64,000 bases of DNA from assembly GCF_006345805.1 (NCBI RefSeq), contig NC_043007.1:17794001-17858000 (forward strand). Reading direction: 5' to 3'. Below are positions 54,584 through 64,000 of this stretch, piece by piece. The DNA is from Octopus sinensis. Its lineage: Eukaryota. The translations under genes and the position numbers were made by a program. Every line of letters begins with the position of its first letter. Positions within the stretch are counted from its first letter, which is position 1. Below the pieces are notes generated by a model. It did no database searches. It worked only from the letters and a program-made list of their open reading frames with translations, and had not been told where the DNA came from.

Positions 54584-54665
54584 TTAAACTTAAATATTGA
54601 AGCGAATCGAACGGCTTTTGTGTGTTCTTAATGGCTTACAAACACCTTCCACGCTGCAATTATAG

Positions 54666-54703
<38 letters not shown>

Positions 54704-54757
54704 GTATATGCATATATGTATACGTATATATATGTATGCGGATATATATATGTATAC

Positions 54758-54791
<34 letters not shown>

Positions 54792-54813
54792 GTATGCATA
54801 TATATAGGTATAC

Positions 54814-54845
<32 letters not shown>

Positions 54846-55259
54846 TATACATATATATGAACATACACACACACGTATATATATATATATACATATATGC
54901 ATATATATATATATGTGCATATATACACACACACATATATATATACAGATACATATATATACACACACATATATATGCATATACACACATATATATATAT
55001 ACACATATACATATAATAATAATAATATTAGGGAGTATAACTCCAAACTTACAGGGAAAAATTAAATTTAGTATCAAATCAACTTTCACAATAGAAATAT
55101 ATAATATATATATATATAAATTAGAGAAAACCACTATTATTTAATTCAAATAATGATAGTCATAAAACATATCATATAGAAAAAAATAATATATATGATA
55201 AAACATTTATCTAGATCACTAAAAGTACATAATAATAAATAGTATATAATAAATAAAAA

Positions 55260-55365
55260 GACTACGTACGTTTCGTGGTTATAATTTCAATTCGAATTAC
55301 AATTAAATTTAAATTTAATCGATCCAAAAACAATTCAATTTAAAAGTATAGTCACTCCTCAGGTC
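55260..55365 (-). ncRNA. Type-I hammerhead motif with long AU-rich stem II
   Basis: GAC-CUGAGGA-GUG...CAC-GAAA-CGUACG-UA/GUC; palindromic ACGUACGU stem III, 3-bp stem I. Confidence 0.65.
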
Positions 55366-56443
55366 AACAATAATAACAATAATTGTTATGTAAATACATA
55401 TTTTTAATAAATTTTCAAACAATTAAACAATATTTTTTAAAGAAATAAGAACATGATTTTTTTCATAGAAGAAACTCTGTAAATTAAATTTGAAACTTTA
55501 AAAGTAGGACCAGGTGTTTATAATACATTTATCTCGTTAGAACTAAGGTAAACAAAAATAGAGCAAATAGATAGAAATATGTATTTTATCTGTGAAGATA
55601 TATTTTAGCTTTGAGAATAATCTAAACAAACTATAGTATATCTTTATTGGAAAAATATAAGAGTCCAATGAATTAAAATGAAAATACTTAAAATACATCA
55701 TATACTCAAGTTAAGCTAAATTACTATAATTTAATCTATATTAATTAATTAAATAAATTATATATTAATTTCTTAATTAAATAAACATCTAATTTGATCC
55801 GATACTAACTATGTACTGAACTCTATACAAAACATGTATAGACTTATAATATATCTTATATCAACAACGTTGCAACCACAACCCTGCAATAGTATTTTGT
55901 ATATATTTCAACAATATCCTCACAAATAATTTAAACTTATTATATAAGTAAATTAATTTATGTCTAGAACTAATATTTCACTCATGGATAAAATAAACAA
56001 AGTACTTATTATTAAATTCAATAGTATATAAAGAAAAAAAGTAAAAAAACCTTTTCACTACCTATTCTATAATATTTTACGTTATAAACTATCTCACAAA
56101 ATAAACTCAAATAATACTATCAGAAAGATAGTATCAGAAGAATATTATGTTGTAACAGAAGACTATATAGAGTCCGTGTCACATGACTCATTCGAATATT
56201 CATAAAATGATTATGAAAGCTGAAATATAATAACATGCTTAGGTAGTGTTGAGTCTAGTTGTGTACGAACTAAAACTGATGTGGCTAATGGATATTTGAA
56301 ATATAAGTGAAAAAGTATAGGAAACCTTCTCTCTGTACGAGGATAATTAATATAGTGAAATACATGCCATATAAAGCAATGTATCATATATATTATATAT
56401 ATACATACACACACATAGGCACATACACACGCATACATAATAT

Positions 56444-56478
<35 letters not shown>

Positions 56479-56533
56479 TATATATACACACACGCACACA
56501 CATACACACACACACACATATATACACACATAT

Positions 56534-56564
<31 letters not shown>

Positions 56565-56635
56565 TATATATATACACACACACATATATATATATATACA
56601 CACACACATATATATACACACACACACACACACCA

Positions 56636-56667
<32 letters not shown>

Positions 56668-56860
56668 CATATATATACAAACAAATATATACACACATAT
56701 GCATATACACATACATGTACGTACCCACACAATGCGCGCATACATATGCATATATACATATGTGTATACATATAAATAAGTAAGCGTCCAGCTGTGTTTA
56801 AATTTACATGTGATTTGATAGTTACGGGTGGTATACAATGAAAAAGATTTAAAATAAAAT

Positions 56861-57520
56861 ATGGTGTATATTAAACCTGCAAAATCGATTGACATAAAAA
56901 CATTAAGAAAAGTCGAACACAATAACACACCTATTCTGAAAACACTTCCTTATGTTTCCACATGCAACTCCAGAAACAAAGAAGCGTTTAACATCATTGT
57001 CCAAAATCTCCCACAACTCCATAAGGACCCCAAACTGAAGGATATTCTACGTACTCATAAAATCACAAAAAGCAGTAAACAATCAAAGACATTAAAGAAG
57101 GTCTTCAGAATTTGCTAAATTATTCTCAAGAATAACAGACGCAAGAGCGCAAAGGTGCTGTCGTCCTAACTGCGGAGCATGTCCCAATCTTTCTGAGGAT
57201 CAGAATTCCATTTTAGACAAGGGCAAAAATTCAAAATTCACTTTACTTGCTCCTCTCAAAACCTCATTTGTAATCACATGCTCGGGCTGCCATAAAAACT
57301 ATATAGGTCCGGCAGGACTGTTGGTCAGACGAAGATGTACAGTCCACAGACAACAGATATCTTCCCCACAATATCGCCAGATATATCTCAGTGAACACAT
57401 TGATAGATGTGCAGAATATCTGCAACCACAATTCCTAATCTTCCCATTATATCAATTTGCTATTTGGACCTCAACACCAGTTCGATTAAATAAAAAAATC
57501 TCATTTATGGAAAAAATAAG
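56861..57520 (+). mobile_element. Penelope-like element 3' fragment: linker, Cys-rich motif and GIY-YIG endonuclease (pseudogenised)
   Basis: RCCRPNCGACP, TCSSQNLI, VITCSGCHKNYIG, RRRCTVHRQQI and LSEHID motifs, with frameshifts. Confidence 0.85.
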
Positions 57521-57887
57521 CCAGAATTAAATATAAACCCACATTGAAAATTAAAGATTTACCTCACCTATTGTAAGAATCAACTGTAGACCAATATTAA
57601 AAATTACGGATTTACCTCCCCTTTACTGAAAAATACCTTGTTACCAATTATCTCCATTAGCAAACAATATGTCTAATTCATAATTTCATCCAAAACTCAG
57701 AATTTGAAAAGCGATAGTGAAAGCGGTTATCATGTTGGAAGAAAAAATCATATTTTGTACAATATTGTATAATACTTTTGCTATTATGTTTCTAATATAT
57801 TCTTTAGTCTTGTAAAACAAATCTGTGTTTTCATCTTATTTCTTTCCGTATATATTCAACTACGTATAATTTACCCACCATATTTTC

Positions 57888-57931
<44 letters not shown>

Positions 57932-57966
57932 ACCTTTGGCCTGACCCTCAAGCTGACACCTTTACA

Positions 57967-58141
57967 CACACTTCTTCATCTGACCAAACTTATTCTCTCC
58001 CTCAATTGCTTCTCGTTCGCAGAGGATTTTTACCAACAACTCTCAGGAGTGGCCATGTGAACGAAAATGGGCCCCAACTATGCGAACCTGTTCGTTGGCT
58101 ACGTTGAGACCCAAATATTCTCAGAATTCACTGGTCCCACT
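57967..58141 (+). mobile_element. Penelope-like reverse transcriptase fragment (pseudogenised)
   Basis: LTKLILSLNCFSFAEDFYQQLSGVAM*TKMGPNYANLFVGYVE matches the PLE RT motif QxxGxAMGxxxxPxxANLF; TGA replaces Gly. Confidence 0.85.
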
Positions 58142-60611
58142 CAGTTTAGTGTTGGTTTGATTACCAAATTTTTCATGGCTGTAAATATACTCTCTTTGTT
58201 TGAATTGTAGCTTTAGATAGAAGATTGCACTTTTGATTACAACCCTCCATACGTACAAGATATTTCCTTTCTGTCTCGACTTTACTTCTGTTTCTTTGGG
58301 CTGTTTGCACCCGCACCCACAATCACAGATGTTCATTTATCTTTTTCTGTTATTTTATTTCCAATTCATATTTGTTACACACGTGTTATATTTCATATAT
58401 AACTGCTTAAAAGTCGTATGTATCTGCAACATGTTATCGCCCAAGATAGTCAAAACCAAACTGATCAATGAGTTATTGAATCATTGAATGATATGAAAGA
58501 TCGGATTTCAATTTTTGCACCAAAATATAAATTCGTACTACGCCGATTTTGTATTATTCGAATTCGTACTGAACAAAGTTGTGTGTATGTAAAATAGATG
58601 TATATATAAGTTTCGAAGTTGAGTTTGTCTGGTGACTTGATTTGAGACCACGTGTTGGAACTGAAGAACTATTCTAAGGCTAGAAATACACTATACTATA
58701 TAAAGTGCCTCGATGGAATATCTGCTGACCTCGTTGGGCTGGCATAGGAGAGACTATTCTTAGCATTGGCGAACGATTCAGTGAGCAATAGATCAACTGT
58801 ACAGAACAGGAAGCTACTTGAATTTCTTCTTTAAGCAAGACGCACTAGATAAGCATAGACTCAGTACAGATATCTACACATCCCTATAATACGGTACATT
58901 GACAAGTCACTGACTCAGTCAATATACGAGAATACGAACTTAGCCTCAATTGTAAATCTGAATGGGTAACAACAATGTAAAAGGTAAAGACCTCCTTTGG
59001 TCATGAATGACCACGGGATTGCACCTCCGAGGCAGAAGTTTGCGCTAGGTTGTTTATGGAAGGCCAGCAGTTGCCCTTACATACTAGCCTCCCCTCTCCA
59101 CCCCAACGATGTTATTTAAGGGAAAGGCAAAGGTCATAACTCATTTCTACAGATGAGTGAACTGGAGCATAAACAACCTTTCCAGGACTTGTGCCTTAGA
59201 GGGGAGCTTTTGTAGGTGCATCCCCGTGGCCAATCATGACTGCAGTGGGGTTTTAACTACCGCGCACAAGATGTACCACACACAAAATATGCATATTCCC
59301 TCCTTTCCCACTTAGGTTTGTTTTATACACATCTACATTTGCGTGTAAATGTATACAGATGATTAAATGTGTGTGTATGTGTGTGTACATTATAAATATA
59401 TGCGTGTGTGTGGAATGTGCACGCGTAAGAATATAATTATGTGCAATTATATTTGCACAAAGATACAACGCATCACCCAGTCCAGAAATCGAACCAATGA
59501 AGTTATAATTGTGAGCCGAATACCTTAACCACCAAGCTACGAACTTCATTTATTTATTCATTTATTTGTGTGCGTATTTCGTTAGAAATACAGTACAAAA
59601 TCGAGTTATTACCCTCACACCGCTTAACCAACTTTACACATTCAGCACGAATTTATTTCAATTTCATTATACTCTTGTGTTTTTTAATGTCTACATCTCA
59701 TTTGGTGTGGAAAACACATGGGCCTGTCCCTAAAGTGAGGAAATATATGATACTGTGGAACAATGTTTCGTGTTTTTGTTTTTCTAAACTGTTATGAAGT
59801 GGTTTAAGGAAGATTTGGCGGCTGTTTCTAGTAGGTCGAGAAACCACGTAAAAGTTTCGTCTACGTGGTGTCCGTTCCCATACAGACGCACTTGTGCGAC
59901 TTCTTGTATGCAGGGAATGGAAGTTTCCTATTGGCTAAAATTACGTAATTGTACATGTTTGTAACGTTTATATTATTAATTCCTAGAAAACAAATGTGAT
60001 TTTCACCAACATGCAAAAGTGTGTATGTGTGTGTGCGCGCGTGCGTGCGTGTGCATGTGTGTGTGAATCCTGCTCCTGTTCGCGCCCCCAGCCCCACACA
60101 AACTCATATACATGCATAGGTGAGTAGATAAAGACACACAGCTATTTAAAAAATGATGATGCAACAATCGTTTTATTTATGACTTACTGTAATGGCCTGC
60201 TATATTTTAATATGAGCACTTTAAAATTTGACATTTCTCTATAACAGAAGGAGAGGTTGTCATGTGAATTGGTATCAAAGGGTTAATATGAATAGCATCA
60301 CGTGTCGGTGAGTGTGAATGCTAGGTATGTCAGGACATTGGGTCCACAGCAATTACTGTCTGAGAAGCAGCATAAATTTCGCAGCCAAACTTGATTTACA
60401 AGGGAGACATCCTCTCACGGGCTGTTAATATTTTCTGTAAATCACGTCAATACAGCTGAACATGTATTTATCAGCTGGTTGTTGGGATTATGGAAAAACA
60501 AGCGGTTTCCAAAATTAGCACAGGTAAAATTGCAAATGATTTAATATGCGTTGAACGAAAAAGAAAATCTAATTGAGATTCATAACTGAGTGAAAATATT
60601 ATCTCTGGATC

Positions 60612-61000
60612 TTTTTTAGGAGCACTCCGTCGGTTACGACGATGAGGGTCCCAGCTGATACGATCAACGGAACAGCCTGCTCGTGATATTAACGTGCAAG
60701 TGGCTGAGCACTCCACAGACACGTGTACCCTTAACGTAGTTCTCGAGGAGATTCAGCGTGACACAGAGAGTGACAAGGCCGGCCCTTTGAAATACAGGTA
60801 CAACAGAAACAGGAAGAAAGAGTGAGAGAAAGTTGTGGTGAAAGAGTACAGCAGGGTTCACCACCATCCCCTGCAGGAGCCTTGTGAAGCTTTAGGTGTT
60901 TTCGCTCAATAAACACTCACAACGCCCGGTCTGGGAATCGAAACCGCGATCCTACGACCGCGAGTCCGCTGCCCTAACCACTGGGCCATTGCGCCTCCAC
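60612..61000 (-). mobile_element. Full-length tRNA-derived SINE with a 12-bp target-site duplication
   Basis: TSD tatctctggatc at 60600-60611 and 61001-61012; A/B boxes tggcccagtggtt and gtttcgattccc; A-rich tail. Confidence 0.9.
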
Positions 61001-62075
61001 TATCTCTGGATCACCGCTTCCTAACCAAAGGTCCTCTTCGAGGTTCAGGAGAGATCGTTAGGGTCTGTGAGAAATAACAAGGGGTTTCGTGATAAATAGG
61101 GTCAGAGGGGTTGTTACTTTTGTGTCATATTCTATATTCATATTTTTTTACGAATATGCATGATTGCATATTTTCTAAGGTCGGTGGGGGGGGGGGCCTG
61201 CTATCTGCAGGGAGTTAAGGGACTCTAGGTGGAAAATTATTTTTTAAAAAGGTAATACATTTTATTACTAACATATTTTTACAGAAAGAATAAAATGAAA
61301 AAGAAAAAGAAATCTAAAAGTAAAAAAGATAAAATTATCGAGAAAAAAGAACCTCACCATGGAAAGAAAGAAAAACAAAATAGACAATTGTTGGAGGAAT
61401 TTGGCCTAAACAAGGTCTTGGCTAAGATGAAATTTCTTAAACGTTCTTTGGGCAAAAGCTTTCAAAGATAATTTCATGAATTTTTAATCTCTATGAAATT
61501 TAACTTTATGGCTGTGTGGTAAGTAGCTTGCTAACCAACCATGTGATTTCGGGCTGACCTAAGCCCTGTGAGTGGATTTGGCAGACGGAAAATGAAAGAA
61601 ACCCGTCGTGTATATATACATGGTGGTCTTTGACATGTTACCACCATGGAGGTAACTTGGGTCAACTTGACATCCGCATCTTATCCAAGCACCCAAAAGA
61701 CCCAACACTCAGACAAATACGGGAGTACGTCCTTATAAATGAAACCTTCCCAATACTAAATAGGAAATATCCACAATAAATAACATACCTCCATACCCAC
61801 AACTCACACAGGTAAAGTAGAATAGTTAGTGGACTGTTAGGTAGATAAATGTATGTATGTGGGTGTGAGTGTGTGTGCATGCGCCTTTTTTTTATATAAT
61901 TTTTTATTTATTTACTTTTATTTCTGTATGTAAGCATATAGATATGTAAGTAAACAGATCAATATACAGACGGATAGGTATATAGACTATATGAACAGAC
62001 ACAAATTTTACGCTAAGTGACGGGGACGTAAACACACCAGCATCGGTTGTCAAGCAATGCTAGGGGGACACACAA

Positions 62076-62151
<76 letters not shown>

Positions 62152-62725
62152 CGACAGGCTTCTTTCAGTTTCCGTCTACCAAATCCACTCACAAGGCATT
62201 GGTCGGCCGGGGCTATAGCAGAAGACACTTGCCCAAGATGCCACGCAGTAGGACTGAACCCGGAACCATGTGGTTGGTAAGCAAGCTACTTACCACACAG
62301 CCACTCCTACGCCTGTTTATTTATTTATTTTTTTTCGTTAACTTACTCTAAAGTTTCAGAGAGGAAATTCTCAACTGAAAATATTTTTCAAATTTGTGAA
62401 TATGAAATAATGAACTCACAATAATTTAAATGACAAACTGAGAACCGCAGAGTTTATAAACAATTAAAAATTAAGCCAAGGATAGACATTGACAGAGTAA
62501 ATGACGTCATGGATCAATGTCAGTGGGTGCACTGCATTGTAGAATAATGGAGAGGAAAAGACAAAGGAAAGTAACTGATTTTGTTAATTAAATCGACTCC
62601 CACACAAGCACGTATTCTCTCTTCCCATTTCTTTCCCTTATTATGCTTAACGATATGTGTGTACGTGCATTCGGTTAAGCATAGCGATACTTATAAACCG
62701 CTTATTCGAACTCAGTATACATATG

Positions 62726-64000
62726 CATAAGAAAGGTAGCTGTACTCTAAAAACCGTGTAGTTGGGATTACAGTTCCATCATAAGAAAGGTAGTTGTACT
62801 CTAAATAACCGTGTAATTGGGATTACAGTTTTATCATAAGAAAGGTAGTTGTACTCTAAATAACCGTGTAATTGGGATTACAGTTTTATCATAAGAAAGG
62901 TAACTGTACTCTAAAAACCGTGTAGTTGGGATTACAGTTCCATCATAAGAAAGGTAGTTGTACTCTCAATAACCGTGTAATTGGGATTACAGTTTTATCA
63001 TATGAAAGGTAACTGTACTCTAAAAACCGTGTAGTTGGGATTACAGTTCCATCATAAGAAAGGTAGTTGTACCCTCAATAACCGTGTAATTGGGATTACA
63101 GTTCCATCATAAGAAAGGTAGTTGTACTCTAAAAACCGTGTAGTTGGGATTACAGTTCCATCATAAGAAAGGTAGTTGTACTCTCAATAACCGTGTAATT
63201 GGGATTACAGTTCCATCATAAGAAAGGTAACTGTACTCTAAAGACCAAGTAGTTGGGATTACAGTTCCATCATAAGAAAGGTAGTTGTACTCTAAAAACC
63301 GTGTAGTTGGGATTACAGTTCCATCATAAGAAAGGTAGTTGTACTCTCAATAACCGTGTAATTGGGATTACAGTTCCATCATAAGAAAGGTAACTGTACT
63401 CTAAAAACCAAGTAGTTGGGATTACAGTTCCATCATAAGAAAGGTAGTTGTACTCTAAAAACCGTGTAGTTGGGATTACAGTTCCATCATAAGAAAGGTA
63501 GTTGTACTCTCAATAACCGTGTAATTGGGATTACAGTTCCATCATAAGAAAGGTAGTTGTACTCTAAAAACCGTGTAGTTGGGATTACAGTTCCATCATA
63601 AGAAAGGTAGTTGTACTCTCAATAACCGTGTAATTGGGATTACAGTTCCATCATAAGAAAGGTAACTGTACTCTAAAAACCAAGTAGTTGGGATTACAGT
63701 TCCATCATAAGAAAGGTAGTTGTACTCTAAAAACCGTGTAGTTGGGATTACAGTTCCATCATAAGAAAGGTAGTTGTACTCTCAATAACCGTGTAATTGG
63801 GATTACAGTTCCATCATAAGAAAGGTAACTGTACTCTAAAAACCGTGTAGTTGGGATTACAGTTCCATCATAAGAAAGGTAGTTGTACTCTCAATAACCG
63901 TGTAATTGGGATTACAGTTTTATCATAAGAAAGGTAGTTGTACTCTAAAAACCGTGTAGTTGGGATTACAGTTCCATCATAAGAAAGGTAGTTGTACTCT
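62726..64000. repeat. Tandem satellite, 54/55-bp monomers, about 23 copies, running off the window end
   Basis: Unit aagaaaggtagttgtactctaaaaaccgtgtagttgggattacagttccatcat with recurring variants. Confidence 0.97.

Larger units (their letters stand above)
54322..54661. mobile_element. Foldback element with ~135-bp inverted arms (54382-54516 and 54527-54661)
   Basis: Arms are directly complementary around the 10-nt loop agatgcagca; a related copy lies at 22125-22370. Confidence 0.85.

Noticed and set aside
55400-56350. Possible mitochondrial insertion (very AT-rich tract)
   Set aside because: No recognisable mitochondrial gene, tRNA or rRNA motif; left unexplained
57703-57730. UUGAAAA-GC(GAUA)GU-GAAA downstream of the GIY-YIG remnant
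   Set aside because: The position suits a PLE terminal-repeat hammerhead, but the core is doubly mutated and the stems are too short to call
62726-64000. Open minus-strand frame in 54-bp monomers (DGTVIPTTRFLEYNYLSY)
   Set aside because: Interspersed 55-bp monomers shift the frame into stops; no coding signal

Overview
AT-rich animal genomic DNA. The SINE repertoire and microsatellite load point to a coleoid cephalopod, probably Octopus (inference). Bases 1-43.8 kb hold the 3' part of one long-intron + strand gene. Twelve phase-compatible GT-AG exons can be joined, and the product resembles the post-WD40 half of the WDR62/MAPKBP1 family. The introns and the 20 kb downstream are filled with tRNA-derived SINEs, piggyBac- and pogo-type MITEs, three decayed Tc1/mariner elements, Penelope-like RT and GIY-YIG fragments, RTE-type 5' leaders, foldback elements and a 54/55-bp satellite with higher-order structure. 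The most striking signal is a dense set of type-I hammerhead ribozyme motifs between 47.8 and 55.4 kb, plus decayed relatives at 22.3 and 39.2 kb. Most have a different self-complementary stem III, the form known to need dimerisation. One foldback element carries a back-to-back pair of hammerheads whose core has the compensatory swap G3:C8 in place of C3:G8. All ribozyme calls are manual folds, with no covariance-model search or cleavage data. Most short ORFs in the supplied track are microsatellite or SINE artefacts.
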